This document shows positions 18,286 through 28,971 of a DNA stretch of 64,000 nucleotides, piece by piece. Source of the DNA: Sedimentisphaerales bacterium. GTDB taxonomy: Bacteria; Planctomycetota; Phycisphaerae; Sedimentisphaerales; SM23-30. The DNA is taken from contig CAXXMR010000011.1 in NCBI GenBank assembly GCA_963663805.2, positions 116,511 to 180,510 on the forward strand, in the 5' to 3' direction. Position numbers and translations under genes: made by a program. The first letter of the stretch is position 1. Every line of letters starts with the position of its first letter. The notes under the pieces were generated by a model. The model saw only the letters and a program-made list of their open reading frames with translations. It was not told the origin of the DNA and ran no database searches.

Positions 18286-19812
18286 TTGATGATGGCTGAA
18301 AAGATAACCGCTCAAAGCTCTGTCGAGCAGCTTCCCGATGATGTTGCCACTCTTAAAGAGATGGTTCTGACGCTGTTGGGTCAGATTGATGATCTCAGCG
18401 GCCAGTTGTATTATCTCAAGCGGCAGTTGTTCGGCAAGAAAAGCGAAAAGCTCGATCCGGCTCAGCGTTTGTTGTTTGAAAATCTTTACGAGGAAGTTCA
18501 ACAGAAGATTGAACAGCAGAAGCCCTCACGCGCCAAGGTTGTCAAAGGCCGTAAGAATGCTAATCATCAAGGCCGCAAGCCGCTGCCGGAAAATTTGCGC
18601 CGCGAAACTATCGACATTGAACCTGCCGAAGAAGAAAAAACCTGCCCGGTATGCCATAACGAAAAAGAACGTATCGGCGAGGAAGTAACCGAAAAGCTGG
18701 ATTATGTGCCCGCATCTTTTTATGTTCAGCGTTATGTCAGAAGCAAATACGCCTGCAAGGTTTGCGAGAATAATATCTCGATTGGCGAACTGCCGCCCAT
18801 GGCGATCGACAAAGGCATTCCCGCTGAAGGTTTGCTGGCGTATATCATAACGAGCAAGTATGCGGACCACCAGCCGTTGAACCGTCTGGAAGGTATTATT
18901 AAGCGGCACGGCGTGGAAATCAACGTCTCAACCATGTGCGACTGGGTGGGCAGTTGCGCTGAACTGCTGGAGCCGCTGGTCAAACGTATGCGGGAGAAGA
19001 TTCAGCAGTCGGAAATCATTTATACCGATGATACCTCCATCCCCATCAAGAGCAAAAACCGTAAAGGATCCACGTATAAGGGCTATTTGTGGGTTTATAT
19101 CGATACTGATTATAATGTGGCGTTTGATTTTACGCCGACGCGTTCGCGCGAAGGTCCGCTAAATTTTATCGGCAGAGATTATCAGGGTTTTGTGCATGCA
19201 GATGCTTATAGCGGCTATGATGAACTGTTTCGGGCTACCGATGCCGTTGAGGTGGCTTGTAATGCGCATGCGCGGCGGAAGTTTGAATACGCTTTAGACA
19301 GCGACCCGGTGCGGGCGGCACATTTTATGGTGCTCTGGGGTAAGCTTTATGAAATCGAGCGACGGGCAAAAGCGGAAAAATATTCGCCGGAGCAACTTTT
19401 GCAAGCCCGCCAGGAAGAAGCCCTGCCGATCTTTGCCGAAATCCGGGCGAAGCTGGATGAGTATCAGGGACAGGTTCTGCCTAAAAATAATATGGGCAAA
19501 GCCGTCACCTACGCCCTGAACCAGTGGGATGCCCTGGTCCGCTATACCAGCGACCCACGGCTGAGCATCGATAATAATCTTTCGGAACGAACGCTGAGAA
19601 TGGTAGTCATTGGCCGAAAAAATTATATGTTCGCCGGCAGCGAAGCCGGAGCCGAACGCGCCGCCATAATCTACAGCCTGGTCGCCGGCTGCAAACTCCA
19701 CAATCACGACCCATTCGCGTATTTCAATTATGTCCTCAGAAAAATCTCCACCACCGGCGCCAACCAAATCGACACCCTCCTGCCCGCCAACTGGAAAACC
19801 CCGCAAAATTAA
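18286..19812 (+). CDS. tnpC: IS66 transposase TnpC
   Basis: FGKKSEK leucine zipper; CPVC...CKVC zinc finger; SKYADHQPL; DAYSGY; CNAHARRKF; IDNNLSER. Confidence 0.95.
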   Translation: MMMAEKITAQSSVEQLPDDVATLKEMVLTLLGQIDDLSGQLYYLKRQLFGKKSEKLDPAQRLLFENLYEEVQQKIEQQKPSRAKVVKGRKNANHQGRKPLPENLRRETIDIEPAEEEKTCPVCHNEKERIGEEVTEKLDYVPASFYVQRYVRSKYACKVCENNISIGELPPMAIDKGIPAEGLLAYIITSKYADHQPLNRLEGIIKRHGVEINVSTMCDWVGSCAELLEPLVKRMREKIQQSEIIYTDDTSIPIKSKNRKGSTYKGYLWVYIDTDYNVAFDFTPTRSREGPLNFIGRDYQGFVHADAYSGYDELFRATDAVEVACNAHARRKFEYALDSDPVRAAHFMVLWGKLYEIERRAKAEKYSPEQLLQARQEEALPIFAEIRAKLDEYQGQVLPKNNMGKAVTYALNQWDALVRYTSDPRLSIDNNLSERTLRMVVIGRKNYMFAGSEAGAERAAIIYSLVAGCKLHNHDPFAYFNYVLRKISTTGANQIDTLLPANWKTPQN

Positions 19813-19870
19813 CCCGCCCCAACCGCAATCCACCAATTGTCAGCCAAGGTGTACTTGGCCGGAAACTTAC

Positions 19871-20059
19871 GCTGAGAATGACTCCGCTCACAAGAGGAAG
19901 TTCCTCACAGAGCAGTTGAGAGTTGTCAAAGGGCAGCAAAGGGACCGGCAAGGCACCTGAGTGAATCAGCCAGTCAAAATAGCGGCTATCGAGGCGGGCC
20001 TCCTCACGCGAATTATCGTGAACATGATAGTTCATGCTCACGCCGATGCGGACCCTCAT
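19871..20059 (-). pseudogene. N-terminal fragment of a peptidase C26 / PuuD-like glutamine amidotransferase, truncated by IS66
   Basis: RBS GGAGG; MRVRIGVSMN...YFDWLIHSGALPVPL...VSGVILS stops at the IS66 end, just before the expected GG-x-D motif. Confidence 0.6.
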
Positions 20060-20092
20060 GCACAACCTCCGTTATTTGGAATTAATTCTTCG

Positions 20093-22741
20093 TCAGGGTT
20101 TACTTACCTTGTCCGGCTGGGAAGTTACCACCGCGACGGTAATAGGCCCGGTCAGATACTTCGCGGCAACTGCCTGAATATCCGCCAGAGTAAGAGCCCC
20201 GATTCGTTGGGCTTGACTCTGGGAATAGTCATAACCAAAACCATAGATTTCGTCCAGAGCGGCAGAGGCGGCGGCGTCAGAGTTGGTCTGTTTGCCCAGA
20301 ATTTCAGCGCCGATGCGCTTGCTCTTGGCACGAGCGACTTCTTCTGCCGTGAACTCGCCGCGAGCGGCTTTGTCGATTTGTTCGCGAATCGCGGCGATAA
20401 CCTCATCAACTTTTTCCGCTTCGCACTGAGCTGTTGCTCCGACAAACCCTTCAGTAAGAGGCGAGAAGCTGAACAACCAGGCGTAATAGACCAGTTGTCT
20501 GCCGCGTAAAGTCTCGTGAAGCCAGCCGGTGTTGCTGCCCACGATTTGCGACATCACTTCCATAGCGTCCTGGTCTTTATCGTTGAGAGTCATGCCGGGA
20601 TAACCCACAAAAACAACTGCGCCGGGCTTGGGAGTTTCTTTTATGAAGAAGCGGTCCTCAGTTTGTTTCGGTTCAGCGGCAAATTTGGTCAGATCGATAC
20701 TTTTGCCTTGGGGCAATGCCGAAAATTTCTCACGCAGCATATTTTCGGTCGCGTCCACATCGATATCGCCAAAGACCGCTAATATGCCACGTTCAGCGGT
20801 CACATTAGCGTTATAGAATTCGACTACCTGCTCACGGGTAAGCGAGCTCATGGAATCAATAGTTCCTGTACGCACCCGTTTGTATGGGCTGTTGACAAAG
20901 AATTGATTACGGAAATATATCTGCCCCAGCGATTGCCAGGAATTATCCGCCTGTTCAATATAAGCCAGTATCTGGGGACGCAGCTTGTCGAGTTCTTCTT
21001 GCGGGAATGTCGGCTTGAGCACGACTTCAGCAAAAATATCCAGTGAATCCGCGAAATCCTCGCTCAAAGTTTCCATAGCATAATAAAAAGTGTTATTGCC
21101 GGAAGACGCGCCAATATCGCCGCCAATACCATCGAAATAATTTGCGATTTCTTCGTTGGTATAGCTCTCAGTGCCTTTCACCGAAAGGCTGGCCATGAGT
21201 GCGGTCAGGCCGTTATTCTGGTCGTTCTCATCAATAAGCCCGCCCAGAAAATATAACCGGCAATTCACCAGAGGGGCCGCCGGGTTGCGCTTGAGCAGAA
21301 TCGTCAGGCCGTTATCGAGCGTGACCTTGCGAATGTCTGATTGCTCAGTATCTTCATCCTGCTTCTCGCCGCTTTTAGCAAGCGGGACAGGTGTCATAAT
21401 AAGAGTCAGTTCTTTTTGGGCCAGCAGGTAACGCTTGGCAATTTCCTTCACTTGCTCAGCTGTTACCGACTGCATGTTTCCGACATAATGGTCCGAGAAA
21501 TGAGCCTCGCCGGTCGAAATATAATCTTCACCCATCCGGCCTGCTTGTGCCTCGGCCGTCTGGTTGGAGCGGATATGCCAGACCTTGAGCTGAGTTTTGG
21601 CGCGGTCGAGTTCTTCTTCGGTTACGCCTTCATTTTTGATGCGTTCCAGTTCCACCCAGACTGCCTCCTGAACGGCGTCGATATTGTCCGGTTTGACCAC
21701 ACAGTTAATAGTGAATGTGCCACTGGCGTAGGCAGGAGTATAGCTTGAGGTAGAAACCCCCAGTACCAGCTGGAGCTCATCACGCAAGCGACGGTAGAGC
21801 CGGCAGCTTTTGCCTTCGCCAAGTATATTGGCCAGAGTATCCAGGGCGTACAAATCTTCATGTTGCAGAGTGATAGTTGGGAAGCCTATGACTAGCCGGG
21901 CCGGGCCTTTAAGCTCAGGCATCACCTTAACAATTTTACGTGGAGCGGATACATCCGGCTCCTGAGGGAGAACGATATTGATTTTGGCACGACGTTGAAA
22001 ATCCGCATATTCCTTTTTGACTACCTGAAGCATCTCCTCAGCGTCAAAATCGCCCACTACCGACACCACGGTATTATCAGGTATATACATTCGGTTGTAA
22101 TAGTCCAGAATATCTTCCCGACTGAGTTCCTGAACAATAACCTGATGGCCAATAACCGGATACTTCGCCGGATGAACAACGTACCGAAGCTCGTCCAGCA
22201 GTTTCCATTGTACCCGACCTGGATCTGAAGAGCCCATTTCCAGTTCTCGCTGAACAACTCCCCATTCCCGATCAAAAGCGTCTTGAGGAAAAGTAGGGCG
22301 GGTAACCCAGTCGGCAATCAGATTAACCGCGGTAATAGCATGTTCAGCCGGAACCGTCAGATAATAGCAGGTCCGCGCTTTACTGGTATTGGCATTATAT
22401 TGAGCACCGATTTCTTCGATAAGTTGACGGGATTCATCTTCGGTACGATTCTCCGTTGCGCCGCAGGCCAGAAGGTGCTCAAACAAATGGCTCAGACCCG
22501 CCCCCAGATGGTCAACTTCATATATGCTGCCCGCCCGGACATACATCCGAACCGCCGCGACCGGAGCGGTATGATGTTCTTTGATTATTGCGACCATTCC
22601 GTTTTCCAGAATTGTCACGATTTCACCAGGTTTATCGACTAAGCGGATTTCCTCGACTGTCCAAGGAGCGTCACTTTGAGCGTGACAAACGGTAAACAGG
22701 GCAAATGAACAGACACACAGGACAAAAAACAACTTTTTCAT
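20093..22741 (-). CDS. Secreted M16 family (pitrilysin-like) zinc protease, two-lobed
   Basis: Signal peptide; inverted zinc motif HLFEH; NANTS; second degenerate lobe (TLDNGLTILLK). Confidence 0.92.
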   Translation of the reverse strand: MKKLFFVLCVCSFALFTVCHAQSDAPWTVEEIRLVDKPGEIVTILENGMVAIIKEHHTAPVAAVRMYVRAGSIYEVDHLGAGLSHLFEHLLACGATENRTEDESRQLIEEIGAQYNANTSKARTCYYLTVPAEHAITAVNLIADWVTRPTFPQDAFDREWGVVQRELEMGSSDPGRVQWKLLDELRYVVHPAKYPVIGHQVIVQELSREDILDYYNRMYIPDNTVVSVVGDFDAEEMLQVVKKEYADFQRRAKINIVLPQEPDVSAPRKIVKVMPELKGPARLVIGFPTITLQHEDLYALDTLANILGEGKSCRLYRRLRDELQLVLGVSTSSYTPAYASGTFTINCVVKPDNIDAVQEAVWVELERIKNEGVTEEELDRAKTQLKVWHIRSNQTAEAQAGRMGEDYISTGEAHFSDHYVGNMQSVTAEQVKEIAKRYLLAQKELTLIMTPVPLAKSGEKQDEDTEQSDIRKVTLDNGLTILLKRNPAAPLVNCRLYFLGGLIDENDQNNGLTALMASLSVKGTESYTNEEIANYFDGIGGDIGASSGNNTFYYAMETLSEDFADSLDIFAEVVLKPTFPQEELDKLRPQILAYIEQADNSWQSLGQIYFRNQFFVNSPYKRVRTGTIDSMSSLTREQVVEFYNANVTAERGILAVFGDIDVDATENMLREKFSALPQGKSIDLTKFAAEPKQTEDRFFIKETPKPGAVVFVGYPGMTLNDKDQDAMEVMSQIVGSNTGWLHETLRGRQLVYYAWLFSFSPLTEGFVGATAQCEAEKVDEVIAAIREQIDKAARGEFTAEEVARAKSKRIGAEILGKQTNSDAAASAALDEIYGFGYDYSQSQAQRIGALTLADIQAVAAKYLTGPITVAVVTSQPDKVSKP

Positions 22742-22880
22742 TGCATTACCTTTTTTAGTTATTGGTACTGTAATTATAACTACCTTTTCCAGCTACACTA
22801 AACAGCCTACGGTCTTAGACGCAAGACTCTCTGTATCTAGTTTATCCGCCTGGGAGTATAGGCCCCCGCTTGGCTCAAGG

Positions 22881-23393
22881 TCAAGCCTGAGAGGTGTTTT
22901 TGCTTTGTTCATGCTCGGCTCCTTCAACTTCGGCCAGATAACTCAAAGTACGCTCCAGTTGACTTTTCAGGTGCCTGACACGCAAAAGACTTTTTACACG
23001 GGTGAGAAGCTCAAGTTTGTTGACCGGCTTACTCAAAAAATCATCGGCACCGCAATCGACCGCCCGCTCCATATCGCCGGTCTCGTTCAGGGCGGTCACC
23101 ATAATAATTGGAATATCACGGGTTTGGGCTCCATTTTTCAGGCGGCGGCAAACCTCAAAACCGCTCATCCGCGGCATCATCACATCCAGCAGAATAATGT
23201 CCGGCGGCTCAGTATTGACCATATCGAGCGCTTCAACGCCGTCCCGGGCAATGCGGGTTTGGCAATCAAGTCCCTCCAGGTAAGCCTGAAGCAGTTCGGC
23301 ATTCTGGTCATTATCATCGACAATCAGAATGTCGCTGACGGTTATTTTCACCTTATCATTTTCGGTCATCATAGGTTGTATCTCCGTATGCAA
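22881..23393 (-). CDS. Single-domain response regulator (PleD-like receiver plus coiled coil); start may be 23372
   Basis: ILIVDD, LLDVMMP, MVTA, FLSKP. Confidence 0.9.
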   Translation of the reverse strand: MHTEIQPMMTENDKVKITVSDILIVDDNDQNAELLQAYLEGLDCQTRIARDGVEALDMVNTEPPDIILLDVMMPRMSGFEVCRRLKNGAQTRDIPIIMVTALNETGDMERAVDCGADDFLSKPVNKLELLTRVKSLLRVRHLKSQLERTLSYLAEVEGAEHEQSKNTSQA

Positions 23394-23580
23394 TCATGGT
23401 TCAGCCTGACAATACCCTCTGCGGGCATAACCCGGCCCAAACCTGCATTGTAACCGAGCGATAAAATTTAGTCCAGAACTCGCTGTTTTGGGCCTAAAAA
23501 CCAATAAAACCCGTTGTTTACGCAAAATGGCAACATTTTGCAAAACTCCTGTTTAGAATTTGGTGCTTAGAATTTCCAGC

Positions 23581-23853
23581 TTATCTGGTGGGCCCAGAAT
23601 CGCCGTGCTTTTCAATGATTTCCCTGATTTCAGGTCTGACATAAATCTCTTCTATTTCCGGTACATTCGACAATGCTTGAGCAATCATGTTAATTTGTTC
23701 GATTAATTCATCGTCTATATCAATAAAAATGACATTATGCCCCTTTAAGCGGCAAAAACCGCCCCCCGAACCTGCCAAAGGCACTTGACGCAGCTCAAAA
23801 CCCACTTGCTTTGCCAGGTCTTTAAGCTCTTCGAAAAGCTCTTTCTTATCCAT
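23581..23853 (-). CDS. Conserved-looking small hypothetical protein
   Basis: ATG start; GGFCRLKG..IFID and YVRPEIRE segments look protein-like. Confidence 0.65.
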   Translation of the reverse strand: MDKKELFEELKDLAKQVGFELRQVPLAGSGGGFCRLKGHNVIFIDIDDELIEQINMIAQALSNVPEIEEIYVRPEIREIIEKHGDSGPTR

Positions 23854-23986
23854 ATCTCAAGCCATTGCCAGGGGGTTTCCGATAACCTTATTAGTGTTGC
23901 GGTGTGGCCTGCTGGGCTGTGGGCCTACCGCTGACAGGTGATATTATAGTACTTTTGGAAGTTATTTGCCAGCGTGGGAGGTTATC

Positions 23987-24778
23987 GTGCCCAGCTTGCT
24001 AGGTCAACGAGAGAATCTGTATTTGCAGCTGGAGAGAAGTCGCAAGCAGATTGAGGAACTCCAGCAGCAGATTCACCATACTCAGAAACTGGCGGCTTTG
24101 GGCACGATGTCCTGTATTGCCGCCCACGAATTCAATAATATCCTCGCCCCCATGATAAACTATGCCGAACTGGCCTTGAAGCATCCCGACGATATTGGGC
24201 TGATGAGAAAAGCCCTGGTCAAGACCATCGAACAGGGACGTCGTGCCGCCCTGATTATAGAAAGCATGATGGGATTGGTACGGGGTGAGTCGGACGAAAT
24301 CCAGTGGGTTGAATTGAAACAACTGGTAGATGAATGTTTTCAGGCCTTGGCCAGGGATTTCAGCAAGGACAACATCACAGTTAAGCTGGATATGCCGGAG
24401 GGCTTTCGGATTTTTGCGGTGGGACCCCAGATTCAGCAAGTGCTGTTGAACCTGATACTTAATTCTCGCCACGCGATGTCCCAAACCAGCGGTGGTACGC
24501 TCACAATCAGTGCCCAACCCGGCAGCGGCGATAGATGCGTGATTAAGGTCAGCGATACCGGCTGCGGCATGAAGCCGGAAGTAGTTGAGCGTATCTTTGA
24601 ACCGTTTTTCTCGACCCGCAGTAAATCTGACCATCCCGAAGCCAAAGGCACGGGACTGGGCCTGGTGGTCTGTCGCGAGATTATCGAGCTTCACGCCGGA
24701 ACAATAGAGGTTGAAAGTCAGCCCAATCGCGGTACGACCTTCACGATTACTTTGCCCAACCGGAGTGAGCCAGAATGA
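23987..24778 (+). CDS. Cytoplasmic histidine kinase (NtrB-like HisKA + HATPase) with no sensor domain
   Basis: RBS GGAGG and GTG 23987; H-box AHEFNN; N-box NLILNS; DTGCG; IFEPFFST; GTGLGL. Confidence 0.9.
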   Translation: MPSLLGQRENLYLQLERSRKQIEELQQQIHHTQKLAALGTMSCIAAHEFNNILAPMINYAELALKHPDDIGLMRKALVKTIEQGRRAALIIESMMGLVRGESDEIQWVELKQLVDECFQALARDFSKDNITVKLDMPEGFRIFAVGPQIQQVLLNLILNSRHAMSQTSGGTLTISAQPGSGDRCVIKVSDTGCGMKPEVVERIFEPFFSTRSKSDHPEAKGTGLGLVVCREIIELHAGTIEVESQPNRGTTFTITLPNRSEPE

Positions 24779-25638
24779 GGCACGCACTGTCATTGCTCTT
24801 TGTATCGTCGGTATTGCTGTTAAACCCCGGATTGCTCTATGCTGTCGGTCAGGACGAACCAGAAGAAGAAACCGAGCCTGTTGACTTACTGGCACACCTG
24901 AACGAAGAACAAAGAATATTCGCCGTGTTCGATTTTTCCGACCCGAATTTTCTATGGCAGGATTTTCTCGACGCAATGGAACCCGACCCCGAGGCCGAAC
25001 CACTGCCGCCCTGGCAGGAACACAAGAAGTATTATCATAAGCATCACCATCCGCAGGTAACTCCTGAAATTTACCAACTGTTGTGCTATCCATATTACCC
25101 CGGAGGTCTTGATTATGTTAAAGGGGTAGAGCTCGACTCTGCCTTGCCCGAAATTGTCAAGGGGGACAGTGGCTCCAGGGCCAAGATTATCCAGGGACTG
25201 GAAACCTGTGTGGATATGATTCACAGATGGCGCAGTCTTAACGAAGAGCCGGCGGTTGCTGTCGAAGTTGTCCGAGCGGTGGAGCTGACTCGTATTAGTA
25301 CAAATATTTATACTACGTATCCCAAACTAGCCATTGCGGTAAGGCGGACGCTGGGGCAGTTAGGCCGAACCAACCGAAACTTCGACCAAGCCTCGCGAAT
25401 AGCCCTGCAGATGCTGCTTAAAGGACATTATGATAAAACGGTATTAGCCCGAAACGAAAAAATTTTCTCCGATTTCCAAACCCTGCTCGACCTGCTGGCA
25501 GACCAGAATGACCAGATAACCATCGCTCTGGGAATCGGCCCGACAGACCGCAAAAAGAAACTTTCTCCCCTCTACGAAAAAATAGACTATTCCAATCTGC
25601 CTTCACCAATTGATAAGCCGTTGGAAAATATAAATTAG
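24775..25638 (+). CDS. Exported hypothetical protein
   Basis: Overlaps the kinase stop (ATGA); hydrophobic signal peptide; no recognised motif. Confidence 0.65.
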   Translation: MRHALSLLFVSSVLLLNPGLLYAVGQDEPEEETEPVDLLAHLNEEQRIFAVFDFSDPNFLWQDFLDAMEPDPEAEPLPPWQEHKKYYHKHHHPQVTPEIYQLLCYPYYPGGLDYVKGVELDSALPEIVKGDSGSRAKIIQGLETCVDMIHRWRSLNEEPAVAVEVVRAVELTRISTNIYTTYPKLAIAVRRTLGQLGRTNRNFDQASRIALQMLLKGHYDKTVLARNEKIFSDFQTLLDLLADQNDQITIALGIGPTDRKKKLSPLYEKIDYSNLPSPIDKPLENIN

Positions 25639-25747
25639 ATTACTTGTAACTGTTCACGCCTTTGGCCACTGGACAAAAATATTACTCTCTTTTAGCAGCC
25701 CCGAAGGGCTGGCTTCTGGTTTTGAAATTGATAAGGAAGGATTTATT

Positions 25748-28700
25748 GTGGAAAACGAAAAGTCCAGCAATGCTTGCTCGTGCAGCGGGGGATGCGGTCC
25801 GGCCCCCAAGGGCGGATTGACCCGACGTGAATTTGTCAAGTTTACCGCATTTGGTGCCGCGGCTATTTCCGGATTAGACGCACTGCCGCTGATGGCAGGT
25901 CCGTTCAATGATAATGACTACCTGAAAATTATCATGGAAGACAAAAAACTCAGTCCCGAGTGGGTAAACTCACTCTTCATCCGCGGTCAAAAACAAACCT
26001 ATAGCGACCGTAAGGCACTGGATCATATCGGAATGCCGGTCGGCGGGCTTTTTGCCGGCACGGTCTATCTCAGTGGTGATGGCCGCCTCTGGCTTTGGGA
26101 TATATTCAATCGGGATCAGGAAGGCATCCTGCCTATAAAGATTACCTACAAAGGCAATCAATTCCGCTCGCGGGATGGCGCACGGTATATTGAGCCGGCA
26201 ACGGTAACCGTTCCTTTTGAACAGGAATTTGGCGTGTGGGTCAATGTGGATGGTGTAAAGCAGAATATTCCGTTCAATGCCGATGGCTTTGAGAACGTTT
26301 CTTTCAACGGCCGGTACCCGCTGGGGCAGGTGGATTACCAAAGTCCTCGCCTGCCGCTCAAGGCAACGCTGAAAGCGTATTCGCCGTTTATCCCCCTCGA
26401 TCTTGACGATTCATCGCTGCCGACAACTCTGATGCACTACACGATTACCAATACCTCTGACAAAACAATTGAGGTCGATCTCTACGGGAAACTTCAGAAC
26501 CCGGTCTGCATGGAAACTCGAAGCCAAACCAGCGGTCGTCTGGTAAATACGGTAGTAAGGAAAAAGGGTTTTTCCGCTGTTTACTGTTTTGCCGAGCCGG
26601 GGAAAGAGACTGCCGAAAAACTGCGTCATGATATCGTCTTTGAGGATTTTGAAAAAGGAACTTATGAAGATTGGACCGTCGAAGGCGAGGCGTTTGGAGA
26701 CGGCCCCATCAAGATTAAAGACATGCCAGGCTATCTGGGCGATGTTGGCGGAAAAGGCGAATGGCTTGTCAATACCCATGCCTCGGCGACTGGTAAAGAT
26801 ATTCGCGCCAAAGACAACGCCATCGGCACGCTGACCAGCCGAGCCTTTATCATTGAGCGAAACTACATCACGTTTCTCATTGGTGGTGGTTGCCACACGG
26901 GAGAAACGGGTATGAACTTGATGATTGAAGGTGAAATCGTGGCCTCCGCCACCGGAACGGACAAGCACCGGATGTCTCCGGTAAACTTTGACGTTAGAGC
27001 GTGGCAGGGCAAATCCGCACAACTGCAAATTGTTGACGCCGCCGCCAGCAGCTGGGGCAATATTGGTTTGGACCAGATTGTGTTTACCGACCAAAAGGTC
27101 GAAAGCGAAAAACTTGACGAACAGCGTGATTTCGGCAGCATGTCGCTGGCTCTGTTCGGTGCTCGTTCTGATGATTATGCCTTTGCCGCGGAGGGCATGG
27201 ACGCTAAACGCGCCACCGGCAAACTGGAAGATAAACTTGTCGGGATGATTGGCACAACACTAAAACTCGAACCCGGCGAATCCCGGACAGTCAGCTTTGC
27301 CGTCACCTGGAATTTTCCGAATTTCTATGGCCGCGGGGTGGGCGGTCAACTCGTGGGCCACTATTACGCCGCACGATTCAAAACCGCATTGGACGTTGCG
27401 GAATATATCGCGGATAATTTTGAAAAACTCGTAGCCCAGACCGAAAAATGGGTTGCTACCTGGTACGACTCTACACTTCCATATTGGCTGCTTGACCGAA
27501 CGATGGCTAATACCTCGACTCTGGCAACCACAACCTGTTATCGTTTTAAGAGTGGGCGTTTCTGGGCCTGGGAGGGCATCGGTTCCTGTCCGGGAACTTG
27601 TACGCACGTTTGGCATTATGCGCAGGCTCCAGGCCGAATTTTTCCTGAGATTGAGCGTATTGAACGTGAGTTGGTCAATTTTGGTCTTGGCCAGCATGAT
27701 GACGGCGGGATTGGGATGCGAACCAGCCTGAACGGAGCAAATGAGACAGCTCATGATGGCCATTGCGGTCGGATTCTGGGTGCCTATCGTGAACATCAGA
27801 TGTCGGTTGATGACGCTTTCCTGCGGCGGATATGGCCCAGAGTCAAGAAAGCCCTTGTCTTTCTTATCCGCAAAGACGGCAACAAAGATGGCCTGATCGA
27901 AGGTGCCCAGCCTAATACCCTCGATGCGGCGTGGTTCGGCAAAATCTCGTTTTTGCAGTCACTCTATATCGCCGCTTTAAAGGCAGGCCAGGCGATGGCC
28001 ATCGAAATGGGCGATCAGCCCTTTGCCGCCGAATGTGATAAAATCGCCCAACGCGGCGCCGAAACCATTGAAGAGCTTTACGACGGCGAATATTTTGTTC
28101 AAATCGAAGACCCCGCCCATAAAAACGAAATCGGTGTCGGCCCCGGCTGCTATATCGATCAGGTCATTGGCCAGAGCTGGGCGCATCAGGTGGCCCTGGG
28201 GCACATTTTCGACAAGGAAAAACAGTTAAAGGCGCTTAGGTCGCTGTGGCGATATAACTTCGTTCCCGACATCGGAGTTTTTCGAGATGTCTTCAAATCA
28301 GGCCGGTGGTATGCCATGGCCGGTGACGCGGGCTTGGTGATGTGTACCTGGCCCAAGGGTGGCCAAAACCCGAATTTCCAAAAACACTGGCAGTACGGTT
28401 ACTTCAACGAGTGTATGAGCGGCTTTGAATGGCAGGTCGCCTCACATATGATTTACGAAGGGATGCTCAAAGAAGGGCTGGCCATCGCCCGGGCGATTCA
28501 TGACCGATACGATGCGTCATTACGTAATCCCTATAATGAAATCGAATGTTCGGACCATTACTCCCGGGCTATGGCCAGTTACGGGGCGTTTATTTCGATT
28601 TGCGGATTTGAGCATCACGGCCCAAAGGGGCAGGTTGCCTTTTCGCCGCGGCTGATGCCGGAAGATTTCAAAGCGCCCTTTATCACCGCCCAGGGCTGGG

Positions 28701-28951
28701 GAACATTTGTTCAAAAGCGTCAGGGCAATACGCAGACCGAACAGGTTCAATTAAATTGGGGACAATTAACGCTTAAAGAATTGGCCTTTGACCTGCCGGC
28801 TGGAAAGACTGCGAAAAAAGTCCAGATAAAGGCAAACGGAAAGAAACTTGAGAATTCATATAGTATGGCCGATGATCGTGTCCTTATTTCGCTGGATAAG
28901 TCTGTTGAAATCCAGACCGGCCAAAAAATGGAAATCGAAATTAAATGCTGA
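25748..28951 (+). CDS. GH116 family glycosidase (GBA2-like), Tat-exported, with an inserted beta-sandwich domain
   Basis: TRREFVK Tat motif; IGMPVGG; WAWEG...CTHVWHY; QPNTLD; NPYNEIECSDHYSRAM. Confidence 0.88.
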   Translation: MENEKSSNACSCSGGCGPAPKGGLTRREFVKFTAFGAAAISGLDALPLMAGPFNDNDYLKIIMEDKKLSPEWVNSLFIRGQKQTYSDRKALDHIGMPVGGLFAGTVYLSGDGRLWLWDIFNRDQEGILPIKITYKGNQFRSRDGARYIEPATVTVPFEQEFGVWVNVDGVKQNIPFNADGFENVSFNGRYPLGQVDYQSPRLPLKATLKAYSPFIPLDLDDSSLPTTLMHYTITNTSDKTIEVDLYGKLQNPVCMETRSQTSGRLVNTVVRKKGFSAVYCFAEPGKETAEKLRHDIVFEDFEKGTYEDWTVEGEAFGDGPIKIKDMPGYLGDVGGKGEWLVNTHASATGKDIRAKDNAIGTLTSRAFIIERNYITFLIGGGCHTGETGMNLMIEGEIVASATGTDKHRMSPVNFDVRAWQGKSAQLQIVDAAASSWGNIGLDQIVFTDQKVESEKLDEQRDFGSMSLALFGARSDDYAFAAEGMDAKRATGKLEDKLVGMIGTTLKLEPGESRTVSFAVTWNFPNFYGRGVGGQLVGHYYAARFKTALDVAEYIADNFEKLVAQTEKWVATWYDSTLPYWLLDRTMANTSTLATTTCYRFKSGRFWAWEGIGSCPGTCTHVWHYAQAPGRIFPEIERIERELVNFGLGQHDDGGIGMRTSLNGANETAHDGHCGRILGAYREHQMSVDDAFLRRIWPRVKKALVFLIRKDGNKDGLIEGAQPNTLDAAWFGKISFLQSLYIAALKAGQAMAIEMGDQPFAAECDKIAQRGAETIEELYDGEYFVQIEDPAHKNEIGVGPGCYIDQVIGQSWAHQVALGHIFDKEKQLKALRSLWRYNFVPDIGVFRDVFKSGRWYAMAGDAGLVMCTWPKGGQNPNFQKHWQYGYFNECMSGFEWQVASHMIYEGMLKEGLAIARAIHDRYDASLRNPYNEIECSDHYSRAMASYGAFISICGFEHHGPKGQVAFSPRLMPEDFKAPFITAQGWGTFVQKRQGNTQTEQVQLNWGQLTLKELAFDLPAGKTAKKVQIKANGKKLENSYSMADDRVLISLDKSVEIQTGQKMEIEIKC

Positions 28952-28971
28952 GATTCAAGGAGAGAATAATC

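Larger units (their letters stand above)
14752..19870 (+). mobile_element. IS66-family element (tnpA-tnpB-tnpC) carrying an internal IS21
   Basis: IRL GTAAGGTTCCGGCCAAGTGCATCTTG (14752) and IRR rc GTAAGTTTCCGGCCAAGTACACCTTG (ends 19870), 23/26 identical; no matching flanking direct repeat. Confidence 0.92.

Noticed and set aside
23999..25093. 364-aa minus-strand ORF (and similar long shadow ORFs such as 894-1523, 15002-15655, 59456-60208)
   Set aside because: Antisense to well-supported genes and without recognisable motifs.
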